Below are positions 25,240 through 39,651 of a stretch of DNA of 64,000 nucleotides, one piece after another. Position 1 is the first letter of the stretch. Every line of letters starts with the position of its first letter. The stretch is from Podarcis bocagei (lineage: Eukaryota): assembly GCA_964188305.1 (NCBI GenBank), contig OZ076893.1; one strand, 5' to 3'. Under the pieces are notes generated by a model. The model saw nothing but the letters and a program-made list of their open reading frames with translations, did not search any database and had not been told where the DNA came from. The position numbers and the translations under genes were made by a program.

Positions 25240-25357
25240 TCAGGGACAGGGAAACCTATCGCTTTCACATTATTGGACAGAACCCCAGCCAGCATGGTCA
25301 TTGATGATGGGAGTATAGTCCAGCTACATCTGGAGGGACAGATTCCCCACCCCTGCT
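25240..25357. mobile_element. Degenerate hAT-like MITE
   Basis: CAGGGA..GGGAA ... TTCCCCACCCCTG imperfect TIRs; related remnants at about 18162-18244 and 57328-57430. Confidence 0.45.
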
Positions 25358-26207
25358 TTAAATTCTCAGTAGCCTCTTTACATAATGCCACAATGACAAG
25401 GCCAGGAAACACAGAATCAAAAGATACTCTCCCTAAATATCATCATATTTAAAACCAGCAGTTTGAAGAACAAATTATCTCTTCTCTTTCATGCATGTGT
25501 ATTCACATATAATTTATTGACATGTACAAGGGGGACAAGTTTCAAATCCACTGGTGAAAAATAGCAATGGGTAAACCAAGCCACGGTGTTGGGTCCCTTA
25601 GTATAATAGGAAGTGTTCTGTGATAAAATCCAAACTTACAAATTGGAACGCATGATAAGAAGGAAAGGAGCGATAAGAAGTTGCAGAGGGAAGGTGGCAT
25701 AAAGAAACTTTTCTCCCTTCTGTACATAGAAGCCTCCATAAGATCAGTCTTCTATCGACAAAGGGATACAACTATATACAACCTGTGGTAAGGCACAACA
25801 AACAGAAAGTGAGGGATGCAACTGAATCTACAAAATCTCGGAAAAGGGACCATTTTTACCAGCAGAATTACGCTTCTAATGTATAAACATTCACTGGAAG
25901 CTGCTGCCATGGGCTTGCTTTCTCTTGTTTTTTATCATCTGCAGAAGTGAAAGGGGAACTCATTTATGCTGAAGTAAGCAAAGATACAATTCAGATAAGA
26001 GATCTTGGACTTTTGACAATCAGTGAAAAGCACCATGTGCAACACCTGTATTTCCACATCTGTCATAATTAGATGTGAGAAACCTCTGCGTATATTTGGC
26101 TCTGGGCTGCAGATTCTTTGACTGTTCTGCTACAGGGTAGATTATGATTCCTGAATTGGGAATCTGCTACAAAGCTTCACCTGTCCATCAGCCCTCCCTG
26201 CTACTTA

Positions 26208-28125
26208 GAATAATAGAATCTCAGAATTGTAAAATTCGAAGGGACCCCAAGGGTCATCTAGTTCAGTAATATCAACTAAATCATACATGGCATATGGCTG
26301 CCCAACTTCTACTTTAAAACCTCCAATATCCTCCTTAAATTGTGGCCCTCAGAACTCGGCACAATACTCCAGGTGTGGCCTGACCAAGGCAGAATAGAGC
26401 AGGACTTACTTCCCTTGGTTTGCTCCTGCATAGTACTGTTGAGTCATGTTAAGCTTGGGGGATCCTTTCCACATGTACTACTGACAAACCAGATGTCCCC
26501 CACCTTATAATTGTGCAGTTGTTCATGCCTAAGTGTAGAACCTTACAATTGTCCTTACTGAAATCCATTTTGTCAGTTTTGGCCGTTTTCCAATCTGTTA
26601 AGGTCATCTTGAATTCCGATTCTGATGCCCCTGAATACTTTCATCCAAGTCATTTATAAAGATGTTGAACAGGCCCAGGACAGAACCCTGTGGCATCCCA
26701 TTTGTCACGTCTTTTCCAGGATGACAAGAAACCATTAGTGAGTACTCTTTTGGTTTGGGCAGTCAACCAGCTTGCAAATACACCTAACAGTTACCTCTTC
26801 CAGCCCACATTTTGCCAGCTTCTCTGCAAGAATATGAGGGACTTTGTCAAAAGCCTTACTGAAATCAAGATACACTATGTCCACAGCATTCCCCTGATCT
26901 ACCATGCTTGCAACTATTTTTTTAAAAAAAGGACTCTTCTGGCATGACTTGCTTTTGAGATACACATGCTGGGTCTTGGTAATCAAAGCATCTTTTAATT
27001 ATCTGTTCTAGGGCATTTCCTGGTAAAATGTTAAGCTGACTGGTCAATAGTAACCTGGCTCATCTCCCAACCCTTTTGAAGATGGGGACATTTGCCTGCC
27101 TGGAGAACAGGTGAAATACTTCTGCCTTCTACAAAGACTTCATCTGTTCTCCAAGAATTCTCAAAGATTATAGACACAGGCTCTGATATAAAATGTGCAA
27201 GCTCCTTTACTACTCTTGGGTGCAGCTCATCAGGCCCTGGAGATTTGAATTCCTTACCACCTGGTTTACTATATTGAGCTGCAGCTCCCTCCTTGCATTG
27301 TTTGTTATGCTTTCATCAGGTTAGGCACTGCTTTCCTTTTGGGTGAAGGCAGAGGAAAATAGGTGTTGATCAGTTCCGCCTTCTGTCACCCAATAGCATT
27401 TCTCCATCTTCTCCACGCAAGAGATCTACTACTTGCTTGTTCTTCCTCTTGCTTCAAACACAACCAAAGAAACTTAATATTATTTTAAACCTCTCTTGCA
27501 AGCCTGAGTTCATTCTGAGCTTTGGCCTGCCTGACCTTCTCCCTGCAACTGTATACTCTTCCTTCCTGATTTCTCCTTCCTTCCATTTCTTATACATTCC
27601 CTTCTTATATCTCAGCTCATCTGTAAGCTCCTTATGCAGCCACACTCGTTTAGGTGCCTCCCACTTTTCTTGTTGCAAATTGTCTGCATTTGTGCCTTCA
27701 ATATTTCACCTTTAAGAATCACATACTGGGCTCCCTTCTCTTCTGAGTATTTCTGACCACAGTAGTTCCTTAAGATTTTTGAAATCGGACATCTTAAAGT
27801 CCAGAATGCATGTCAGACTACACTCTGTTTTCTCTTGCCTTTGAGGACATGATCAGTTCCTCCCAAGGTTCCCTGTACTTTCACTTTGTTGATCAGTTCC
27901 TCCCTGTTGGTTAGTACCAGGTCCCCTTGCTGCTGCTTCCACTTTCTGGGAAGTGAGGGAATGAATGTTGGATGTTACATTATTGGCAGAGTTTTCGTTC
28001 CAACAGATACTGAAATAGCTGGAAGTCTCCCACTTCTTTTCAATAGTTTGGTAAAGTGCTCTAGGAAGGCACCGTCCAGGTTTGAAGGCATGTTGGATTG
28101 GGAAGTTGGAACAGAGTAGAGCTGG
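26208..28125 (-). mobile_element. Decayed CR1 LINE with internal deletions
   Basis: Minus-strand remnants: endonuclease (LDGAFLE), WLHKELTDELRYKKGMYKKWKEG, KSPGPDELHPRVVKELA, VDQGNAVDIVYLDFSKAFDKVPH, and an ATTCT-type tail near 26210. Confidence 0.88.
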
Positions 28126-31014
28126 GGGCAGGTTTGAGATTTTAAGGTGGTTGTATATTTGCATAAAACCAAGGGTGTGTTTTTTTAAAAAAAAGATATT
28201 TTATTTTTGTAACATTAAAAAACTATTTTTTCTTCCCAGTTTTCTTCTCTAGTTTAAAGTGCCAGGGAAGTTTCAGTACTAGTTGAAAATGTTGATTAAA
28301 TAAAGAGTAAATGAAACCAAAATTATTGGAAGTCTTCTCAGTAGTTTTTCTGTATTCAATAGTTGTATCCACCAAGCTGAAGAATTTTAACTATAAACTC
28401 TTGCTGTGTGCATGTGCACAAAGTTTATATTTTATATTGAGCAACTATTATCTACAGCTGTATATCAGGCCATATAAAGTTAAATATAAATCTTGTTTGA
28501 TAGCAAGTAGCAATTTAATCTGAGTTAAATGGTTCATACACCATATGATAAACAGGGCATGCTCATATAGCTGGGGGGGTAAGCATTCAAGCGCTTTTCT
28601 TTTTCTGAGAGATTTCCCCCCAAAAAAATCTCCAAACTGATCTTTAATTTCCCTTGGCATTAAAAACAACAACACAATCCTGCCATATAAGCTTTCATCC
28701 CTAACTAAATGGAGCCCAATAATTTTAAAAAGCTTCCCTTCAACATCAGTAATCACAAGTATTCCACTTGGCTTCTGAAAATCTTAGTTATGGGTCACAC
28801 AGTGCAGCAAGTTGTAGGCACACAGAGAAAAAGTTTTCTTGCATTTACACCATTCAGCAACTACTGCGCAAACCCCTAAACTGTCCAGTGGTTTAATCAA
28901 GTAATGAACATACTGACCCATTACTTAATGCTTACACATTCATTTGCATTTATAAGTTAACCCTTCCCAAGTCATCAGGGCAGATAATAGAAGCAAATTT
29001 TAGAAATGCAAATATAGTATGCATTTGCCTAAAATAGTTGGGATGTAGGAGACAAGCACAAGTCCCTATTAAGAATCCAAAACCGCTCACAAAAATTAAT
29101 TCAGATTGGAGGTTGCTTAAAGGCCTGTAATAAACATGATGTATAATAAAACATTGCCACCTAGTGGTAACTTCTTGTCTCAACTCTGAAGAAGACTTCA
29201 AAAGTTAAGAGCTCTTCGCCCGCAAACACAAATGGAGAATTGTTATTTTTTGGGGATGGGGTATGAAACCCTGCTCCATGGAAAAAGTCAAACAGGTTTT
29301 ATGAGACTAGGGAACTACTATTTCAATATTAAGTCTCTCAAACATTGTTATAAGCTAGCTAGTTCTGAGATGTTCTGTTTAAAACTGATTGCAAATAGAA
29401 AACTCTGCTGCTGTGGGGGGATCACATTTTGAAGAAATCAAGTGAATTAGGTATTCTCGTGTTCTTTTCAAAACCTCATAATAAAAGTACATCTATTGTT
29501 TACCTTTGTACATGTTCTCTTTCTCATAAAAACCTTTAATTCAGGAATGCAACGCAACACAAAGTGGGTTAAGATAAGAATGCTATGAACAATTAAATTA
29601 CATCTGAAAATGTGGAAAATACTTTAACGTTTCATGTAATCTACATCCTAGTCAAGCAGTATTAACTTTTTAAACTAGCCATTCTGGTACAGTGTAAAAG
29701 AGAATTAAAGTAACTTCTATCAACTCTTTCAAGCTGGCATACATATATACAAACTTCAGCAATTAGGAAAATTTCCAGGTCTTGGAAAGAATAGCTAATC
29801 AACAGCACTTTCTGCTTTCCAACTTTCAATTAAGGGAACCCAAAACAGTTCTTGGCAGTGTAGATGACTAACACAGACATTCTGACGTCTTCTCATCTGC
29901 ACTGAAACTACTTTCAAAGCCAACACTTTCAGTGATTTAAACCAAAACAGAACACACAATAAAAAGTTAAAGTAATTCAATTGCCTAGCATTAAAATGTA
30001 ATTCAGCTCTTCAGTGTATCAACAAGTCTTGAAAGCCAGAATACAGTTTCATAATTGCTCCGTTGACTCCCATAAATGCTTTTCATAAGCCACTTTGCTA
30101 CCAACACTTGAAAGGTTTGGAGCTTAATGTCAAGGACAGCATGTTGATGGTGCCCTGAACTTTCAGACAAATGGTCTGCAAACCAGTAGAATGCTTAAAT
30201 AAAGTACTTTTTTCCATTACAGAGTAGAATCAGTTTGTTATATTCAGAACTTAATTATGGTGATGGAAAGCCAAGTCAAGAAGCAGTTGATAATTTTATT
30301 GATAATTTCACTGCTTCGGATTATCATATAATCCAATTAATGAAGCTGAACTCTTATATTATGAAAAGAACTATAGTTGATAAGGATCCCTCCAACAGGG
30401 CCTCGATACCATGCAGAACTGCCTATATTAGTTCATTTCATTTAATCCAGTGATCCTAAGAGAGTACAGTAGAAAGAAGAGCCAATTTCAGCAGCTGTCA
30501 GATCAAATATAAAATATAAAAAGCACTTTTCAGTGGAATGTAGTGTTGGCATATTCGTGGCTCTACCACTCAGCTTCTGCATTATCTTGTACAATTTTCT
30601 AAGTCGAAGCCTTAAATTTCAGTACCTTTCCTGTCGTTTTCCCTATGTTCAAGGTGCGTTACAACACTTAGAAGAGATAAAGCTCAAAATAATATGAGCC
30701 CATACTTTAAGAAAATGCTTAGTCTCAAGATTGTGTGGTCAAGGGAATGCGTGCACACAATTTGCAGTGCTGAAGTACCCAGCAGATAGCATTCCTGGGC
30801 AACTAGCAAACAGCAGGCAAAAGGAGCTGAATCTGGGATAACCACATTATGCTGGCTATTGAAGACCACTTTTATTTGAAGTATAACAATTTCCTCCCTC
30901 AGCAATTTCATGGGTCAACTTCAAACAACCTACTGAGATACGCTGCAGTAAAAATCAAAACTATTATGAACAAGGGGCCTAAGAATATATAGGGCCATGA
31001 TGGGATCCAAAGTA

Positions 31015-31303
31015 CAGTGGTACCTCGCAAGACGAATGCCTCGCAAGACGAAAAACGTGCAAGACGAAAGAGTTTTCCGTTTTTTGAGTCGTTCCGCAAG
31101 ACGAATTTCCCTATGGGCTTGCTTTGCAAGACGAAACGTCTTGCGAGTTCTTGTGAGTTTGTTTCCTTTTTCTTAAAGCCGCTAAGCCGTTAATAGCCGC
31201 TAAGCCGCTAATAGCCGCTAATAGCCGCGCTTCGCAAGACGAAAAAACCGCAAGACGAAGAGACTCGCGGAACGGATTAATTTCGTCTTGCGAGGCACCA
31301 CTG
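31015..31303 (-). mobile_element. pogo/Tigger-like MITE, family A, reverse orientation
   Basis: TA|CAGTGGTACCTCGCAAGACGAA ... TTCGTCTTGCGAGGCACCACTG|TA; internal AGCCGCTAA(T) tandem. Confidence 0.9.
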
Positions 31304-32296
31304 TATATTTTAGTTTACAAATTGAAAGTTTAAAAATATGCAAATGAATATAAACAGAAAGTAAGCATTCTTCAGTTTACATTATTTGTCCTTATGGCAA
31401 GATTTCAATTTCCAGGCCCAACGAACAGCAGGTGGCAGCAAAGCAGACTATTAAAGTGGTAGAAGTGCAAGAGACAAAATCCCAACTCAGGTCTCATCCC
31501 AAACTGAAAATCCAAAATATCTATCAAGGCATTTGTGCCTATTAACCTGGTTATCCTAACCTCTCCCCTTCCCCCTCCTTTGTCCCCCCAACTGTAGCAG
31601 CTGTGACAAAATATTAAAATTCTCATTAATAACTACCTGGATTCAGTCTACAGAACCAAATCCACCATGAATATTTCATACTACCCCAGACACCTGATAT
31701 ATGTAACAATACTTGATGCATCTGAATTCCACCAAGTACAAATTATGTCCATTGTTTATGAACAAGTAGACATCCATATCTCAGGTAAGCAAACTGTTCA
31801 GTGTCCCAGTTTGATGCTTAAGACAAAAATCAACCACTAACGTCCATTTTCTCCCCATCGCTAAGATTTCTGAAGTTCAGAGTTTATGCTAATATAACCC
31901 TAAAGGTGAAATATTTTATGAGAATGTTTACCAGTACAAATACTTTTATGTGAGCATGTTGAATTTGTAATCATTATGTCCCTTCTAGAAAGTTTCACTG
32001 ATTTGGGGATATTAACTCAATTGTCTGAAAACATTTTGTGATAACCATAAACTAAAATATAGTGATCAGGTTTTTCTCCTTTGGGAGGGGGGCAATCTAT
32101 ACACTATGATGGACGGCAACTTCCATCAAAGCCTTTCTTGTGTAAGAAATAAAACTATTAGAAAACAAACGTTCTTAAAAGACACCACCTATTCATCTTA
32201 CACACTTACAATATTAGGTACCAGCCCAGAATTTTTGCAGCAAGATATCATTTGATAACCACCTGAGAAATTGCTAATACAACCAGGGTCTCTTTA

Positions 32297-32656
32297 TAAT
32301 AATAATTTATTATTTATAGCCCGCCCATCTGGCTGGGTTTCCTCAGCCACTCTGGGCAGCTTCCAGCAGAATAAAACTTCAAACATTAAAAACTTCCCTA
32401 AACAGAGCTGCCTTCAGATGTCTTCGAAAAGTCAGATAGTTGTTTATTTCCTTGACATCTGATGGGAGGGAGTTCCACAGGGTGGGTGCTACTACCAAGA
32501 AGGCCCTCTGCCTGGTTCCCTGTAACTTGGCTTCTTGCAGCAAGGGAACCACCAGAAGGCCCTCGGCACTGGACCTCAGTGTCCAGGCTGAGCAATGGGG
32601 GTGGAGACGCTCCTTCAGGTATACTGGGCTGAGGCCGTTTAGGGCTTTAAAGGTCA
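32297..32656 (-). mobile_element. L2 3' end fragment
   Basis: Uninterrupted paralogue of 2455-3150. Confidence 0.85.
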
Positions 32657-35279
32657 GTAATTCACCCTACAGGCAACGCTGTAGGAACAGTATGCGTGCA
32701 CATCCTCAACCACCCATTCAAAAATTACTTGAAACTTCCAGCCTTCTCTCAGCATGCTTAGAAACAAAATAAATAACACCAAAAGAAAATGTGCAATGAT
32801 TTCTGCATGCACAAATATAAAAACATTTCTCCAAACTAGATGTATTTGCTGAAATGCTAACAGATTTTAAAGAGTTGGCCTGATTCTTCAGACCATGTAT
32901 TAATAGTCCAAAGCAGCAACTACGAAGTTTTATCATAATCCTATTCTGCACAATACCACCAATCTTAAGGCTTAGTTGGAAAGACTTCAACACCTTTACA
33001 AATTTTCAAAATAATTCATTTTTTACAATTAAACTAATAGCACCCACTTAAAGTATTGGGCTGCGGTAGTATATCAGTCTACATGTAGACAACAAAGATA
33101 TATGCATAGGGATGTACACCTCAGAACTTCATTTAATATTATGTTATCAGAGGCTTCATTTTTAAACTGATTAAACAGAGCTTCAACAATGCTTCTCTGC
33201 CACTTTATACTTACTGAGCAAAAGAAGGAATACATAGTTTATTCTCTGTTCATTCATCTGCTTCTTTTAGGCTGTCTATATAATTTGAAATACACAATGT
33301 TTTCTATCATAATTTATATTCGGCTGTAATGTACACTAAGACATGTTACAAAGGCTTATGACTATCCAGGCTGCAGGATCAAGTAATTCACAACATACAT
33401 GAAATCTAATGTTAAGGGGACAGAAGGTTCTCACACACACAGTTTTCTGACGCTTATTAGTAACAGGGACAGATTTTCCTCACATTTATGTACACAAGCA
33501 AGCAGGCAAAGTTCTAACCATTTCAGAAACAGACAATTTAATCCGTGTTACATAATTTCACTGAATACAGTTGATATCATCCAAAATCACTCCTGAGAGC
33601 AAAAAAATAGTTTAGCATTACATTTTATATACAATTATGAAAGGATTATTAGAAACCAGAAGGGCATCCATTTAAGGAGCACCGCACTTTACGTATACTG
33701 GACATGACGCCCAAATGCGCCTTGACTTGTTCAATAATAGTTCTCTTTAAAACATATAATCCAACTACATGGCCCAACAGGCTCTCACTACTTAATTTAT
33801 CACTTATTCAATATTTATGATAATCAGATGGCAGTCTCTGGATCGTCATTATTGTCTGACATCAGGATACTTCTCAATATCAAGCTTCTAAGTTCAGTTT
33901 GTCTTTGATGAATTATTCTCTAATCTCTAACCCTAAAATGTGTAGCTATTACTACAAACCTTTGTGTACACTCCTTTAACAGCAAATGTAACTTTTAAAT
34001 TTTCTCCTTCCATATAGAAATATCCAAATGCATCCAGAAGTTACAGCCTGTACATTAGCCCCCCCCTCCCCCTGTAATCTTCCAATGGTCAAGTTCCTTT
34101 AAGGAATAAATGATTTCTTCTGACGTACCATTTATACAGCACAGTATGGAGAGTCTTATGGTTTCAGAACTGATGAAATGAGAATTAGACTTGAGCATAC
34201 TTTTTCCAGTCACCATGGTCAGAGAAGACTTGAATGCAGATACCAGAACACATAAAAAGGAAATGTTTGTATTTGCATGCTTTTAAAGTGAAACATCATG
34301 CAATGGATTGTTCATCTTCTTCTTTGCAAATTGCATGTTATAAAAGTTTGCCAGAGACAGCAGTGACAGTACATGATGTATATTTTCCAATAAAAAAGCA
34401 CTAGAAATCAAAGGCAACCAATATGTATATTTTTGCTAGAACATTTCTCAGCTACATAAGATCGAACAGTTAGCTGCATCCATATCCAAGAATATACAAA
34501 ATTCTGCCTACAGGAATAAGCCTTTCAAGAATGTCAGTTCTGAAATAACTCCCTATGGTGGCTAACAGTTAAAAATAGCTAAGTATTGTGCTTTCAAAAT
34601 TATCTACTTAATGACATAGAGATCAGAAATGAAACAAGCCATGAGGTTAAGTGAGGAGAAGCAGTTCAGACCCAACAAAATAAACTTTCTAGAACATAGA
34701 AGGTATGCATAGCTAATGGGCAAGTGTGCCAAGACATATTTGCTGGACAAAACTTTATTTTCCTTTCATACAACTAAATGATAAAAGATTGCTCAGCTGG
34801 AATCAACCTAAGGTACTTAAGGAAAAATTATTTGGAAAGGTCACACAGAATGTATTTCCAGAAAACATCTGGACTAGTCAGCCTGAATGCAAAATTATTG
34901 ATCATTAAAGGACTACTGGGGACTCCAGATAAGGGAGCATCAATGAATCAACAGAAATATACCTATTTGATACCTGCAAAGTCCACCACTATTTTAAAAG
35001 ACAAGTTTAAAATACCTGCCTCTTGTAATTAGTCCCATGTCCCAAAACAGAACTAATTCTAACCTTTCATTTTGCTTAAAAAGCCAGAAACCTTTTCTGC
35101 CGGTTAAATAGTATGGAAACAGCTATGTTTCTTCCAAAGCTTCACTGGCACCAGTTCAAGCCACAGCTAGTGAACTGAACATTCACCTGTGACAAGGTTA
35201 TGTGTAAAACTTGAAGGAAAACTTTTCTCAAAGTGGAATTCACAGAAACAAGCTACCCAGCATAAAGTATGTTAACAGT

Positions 35280-35285
35280 TTTATT
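35280..35285 (-). promoter_or_regulatory. VAPA proximal polyadenylation signal AATAAA
   Basis: tttatt on + strand about 590 bp past the stop, in a context (ccatggtatttaacat...aataaaactgttaac) resembling the recalled end of the short mammalian VAPA 3'UTR. Confidence 0.65.
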
Positions 35286-35874
35286 TTTTTGTATGTTAAA
35301 TACCATGGGACAGGGCTGTAAGGATGAAAACTTTAACAACTGCCTCACAAGGGGTAAGAAATTCTGCCATGATATTAGCAAAGTAAGGTAAAGGATAAAA
35401 TTTACACACTAAGAGGAATCATTTCCCCGCAGAATGCCTCATCATATTCCTGAACAAGTGGGATTAACATTCTAATAATCATTTTCCAAGAGGCAAGAGC
35501 AACAGATATTTTTTTTAAAGGATTATTAAAATAACATTTACAAGACTCTGAACAATTTTTGAACTCTTATTAAAACCACAGAAAGAAAGAACAATTCTTT
35601 ATTTATGTATGACTTTTCATAAAGGACTGAATGTGCAACTGACACCTGCTATTGATGAATTAATATACAATTTGTCCAGCAGCCGGCCAGTTTGTCTTTT
35701 TATTGTGTTGTCTAACCGTGCAAGATCATTAGAGGCAAAGCCTGTATGATGCTGTACACAATAATGGTCACTTGGGGCCATACTACCAATGAAGTGGTAG
35801 GTAAATACATTTTTTTCTGGCCAAGAAAAAAAAGGAAGCTGCATTCTGCATGCTTCTCTCTCTTTTTCCCCTCT

Positions 35875-36030
35875 CTACAAGATGAATTTCCCTAAAAAGA
35901 ATCCAATGAAAATGGCTGCAATTACAACAAGAAGTGAGGGAAGAGGATTGGAGACATTATCTCGGAGAGCCAAGCCTGATGTTCCAGGTTTATCCAAGTG
36001 TGCCACCTTTCTCAGCCTCAAACCTTCATC
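35875..36030 (-). CDS. VAPA: VAPA terminal coding exon (tail-anchor TM helix)
   Basis: tttcag|GAT acceptor. Translates [51 protein letters not shown]; TAG at 35877-35875. Confidence 0.97.
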   Translation of the reverse strand, partial: DEGLRLRKVAHLDKPGTSGLALRDNVSNPLPSLLVVIAAIFIGFFLGKFIL

Positions 36031-37959
36031 CTGAAAACACATGGGGGGAAATAATCAATCAAAAATCATCAAAGAGATTGTTACAGATCTGAATTTAACC
36101 AAAACATTTTAAAACTTAAGACAGGTTAAGATGAGATACAAATTTATTTGTGTGTGTGCACAGTATCTGACTTTAAAAGATGTCAAAATGTAGCACAAAA
36201 TAAAATGTAGCATGTTGTGTATAAATTAGCAACAACAGCAAAATATAGTAATCCTTCTACTGTTATTTACCATCAATAATAGCCTGTTTACAAAACTGGG
36301 GAAACAAAAGACCCAACTATTTAAACTGTTCCACTGATGATGGCAATTTATCCCAGAACACCACTATTAGCTCAGGATTGCAAATTAATCAAACAGCATA
36401 ACACTGCACCTTCTAGATTTTCAGTGAACACAAGATTTGCATGGCTTTGTATAATGCTCAGAAATGAAACGTAAAGACAAGCAAAAACAAACAAACAAAG
36501 AAACAAAAAACACCAAGGGAAAGCTTACACTACCTTGGATGCAAGGAAGTGTAAAAGCTGAAAACTGGGGCAAATCCTATCTCTCCTTTACCCTCAACCC
36601 CCTGTTCAACAACTGACTTCATTTAGGACAGTCCCCTGATTCTCGGGAGAGGCCAAACCCTTTCTGTCAGTGGAAGCCACTGACTATGATTATTAGTCAG
36701 GCTGTTATAGTATTATTTCAAGGGTGGGTTGGTTTTAAATCAAGGAGATTTTAAAATTACCAAGAAAAAAGGATCAATTTAAGTAACTGAAAACTGATCC
36801 CCTTTAGGAATAATAAGAATACACTCAAATACCTTATAACAAATAAAATACATGTTCACAACTAATTATTATTCCTATATGCTTGTATTGTGCCATCAGT
36901 ACATGGTACTTTGCAGAATAGAATAAATCAGATAGGTCCCTGACCCCAAGGGGCTTCCCATTTAAGATGGGCAGTGGGTGGGGGAAGCTACAGGGACAGG
37001 CAAAGAATGCCAAGGGTAGGGAAGAAAGAACGTGGGCAGATATTTTATAGGCCATGTTGGAAGTGATGCATAAGGCGCAGCAAGGAAAAATAGTCATGTA
37101 ACAGAGGAAGGGACCTTCAGTCAACTGTGATAAAAGCCAAGAGAACTGATGTCATGGGCAAGGACATAATGAGAAACAAGGACTAAAAGAGTGAGACAAG
37201 GCTGCAGACAAATTTTAAATCATGCATACCACATAGATTTTACACTGTGCATAATTATATATGCCTAAAGATCAAGGGACAGGTTTCTGTTTGGCTGTTT
37301 GGCTCTCTGTACACATGCAAGCATACTAAGCAAGATCACTTACTTGAAGGCTAACAGCTGCACTACTACATATGTTTATCTAGAAATTAAGCACTACTGA
37401 ATTTGGACTTACTTCTGATTAAAACTTCATATATCAGGCTGTAAATAAACTGAAACTTTCTAGGAGCAAAGCTAATAGTTACTAGGCAAAGAAGACTGTT
37501 TGGAATCCCAGAGCTTTGTGCATGAGCAGAAAGAACTTCTACTTGCACATGGTATATGACGTTGGTGATTTCAGCTGCAGAACTGCAACTCTTGGACAGA
37601 AATCATACACTTTCAGGTATCATACTTGGACCCTCTACAGTACCTTGGGGTGGGAGTGGCTCTTTTGGGAAGGGGGAGTGAGAAATTTTCTACATGCACA
37701 TGGGATACTGCAAATTGGATCCAAGTCAGTGTTGGTCCATGAGATGCAGAGTAAGTGTTATGTTCTTTTGTTTGTAGTCATAAATCTTCATGATTTAAAA
37801 GTGGGTGATCCTGCACTCCTATTTTATACCCTCCAGCTACCTCATCTCTGCAAAGTGTGTAGTTTTCACAGCCACTAGAATACAGGACATACTCTTGATG
37901 ACAATTACAGGATGACATCTCTTGGATTCAAACCAAGGGAACCTCACAGTAAACTCACA

Positions 37960-38260
37960 TATAAAAGAAAATACTTTCATAGAAAAGAAAGTACTTTTTC
38001 ACATAGCACAGTTAAACTATGGAACTTGCTCCCACACGATGGAATGCCAGTGGTAGTCACAAACTTGGGTGGCTTTAAAAGAAGATTGAACAAATTCATG
38101 GGGCTATCAATGGCTGCTAGCTAAGACAGCTATATGCTGCCTCAGCAGTTGTTGGAAGCAGTATGTTTTTGAATAAGAAGCTAGAAACTACAGGAGGGGA
38201 GTGATCTTGTCCTTGAGTCCTGCTTGTCGCTTTCCCACAGGCATCTAGGTGACCCAGGCA
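37960..38260 (+). mobile_element. CR1 3' fragment
   Basis: FSHSTVKLWNLLP...GFKRRLNKFM; a similar remnant lies at about 23090-23370. Confidence 0.65.
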
Positions 38261-38831
38261 GGATCTTAGAGTCTAAATCCTAGTTTAAAATGTGAACTAA
38301 GTTTTAAGAATAATTTTATTTTCATCAACAAATCTGATTAGTCAGATTCTGGTTTGATATTCTGGTTTGGAGGTAGTCCTTAACAACAGGCACATGAACA
38401 GAGCAGGCTTGGTGCTAACAGGACTATCAGTTAAGAAAAGTCGCTTAAGTTGAAGCCAGCGTCAAATTATTTTACTGTGTGTTATTAAAAAATTAAACTT
38501 TATCTCTGACATTAAAAATCTGAAGAATTAAACATACTCTGACCGGGAAATTTGCTGTAGGTTTGCTAAATCCTGTGGGTGACATCCCTTCCTCCCCTCC
38601 ACAGTTCCTTACGCTCCTCCAAAATCTGCTCAGGTGTGAGGTGGGTGAGGAGGAGAGCCCTGTGAAATCCCATCATGTCTGCTATTGTGATGTTGCCTAT
38701 TGCTTACCAATTCTTTGTTCTTGGAAAAAAATGATATGGGATGTATAAGAAGGGTACTATGATAAATACTTCCGTTTAAACAGGGTGTTTTTTTAAAAAC
38801 AACTTTTATGAATCTGCTCTTATGAACTTAC

Positions 38832-39008
38832 TCTCAGATGTCTGTTTTCCTCTGATAGTTTCACCACATCCGCCTGAAGTCTTTTGCATTCTTCCACTAG
38901 CTTCCTTGTTTCAGTGTCATTAAGCGAAACACTGTGTGGTTTTGGCATTGGACCATCCTGCTTAGCTGTATTCAGTATTGGAGCAGATTTGCTTGCATCT
39001 ATGTCATT
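38832..39008 (-). CDS. VAPA: VAPA exon 5 (linker and coiled coil), 177 bp
   Basis: tttgcag|AAT acceptor, AGA|gtaagt donor. Translates [59 protein letters not shown], which is VAPA-type rather than VAPB-type. Confidence 0.96.
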
Positions 39009-39651
39009 CTGCAAATATTAAACATGGTTTCAGAACAGGATTTTCTTTAATCAAAGCTAGCATTAAGCATTTTTTAGTTTTAGTACCATGGGGGGGGGGG
39101 ATACCAAGTTAGTTACAAAGATGACAAAGCTGAAAAAACAACCAGAGAATAACCATTGTTAAAGATGATTGATAAAGATATGTTGCAGGACCATTTCCCC
39201 ATTTTATTTCATCTCTGAATTCATTTTCCTCACTTAGAGCTTTGCAGTCTGAAATCTGCATATGAGCTTTACTAAATCTTTCCTAAAGAACAAATTGTTT
39301 TAAAATAGAAGTATACACAAGCCTGTGTTCTCTTACAGTTCCTAGCACAACTGAAAGGAACAAAATGTAAACAGATGAGGTATGAACAAAACACTAGGAG
39401 ATGTATAGTATAGTTATTGCACTAAATCCTGGGTCAAGAAGAGACCCAGCATAGATACCTGAAAGCAGACATTGGCAGACATCTAATACAAAGAGCAATT
39501 AATCAGAAGACAATGAAGAAAGATGGTTATTATTTATAAAATTCACATACTGCCCCTTATCCAAAGATCACAGGACAGTTTACAGTATAAAAACAGAAAA
39601 TAAGTAACATAATAACCAAAAAGTGGGGGGGGGATACACAGGCACACACCC

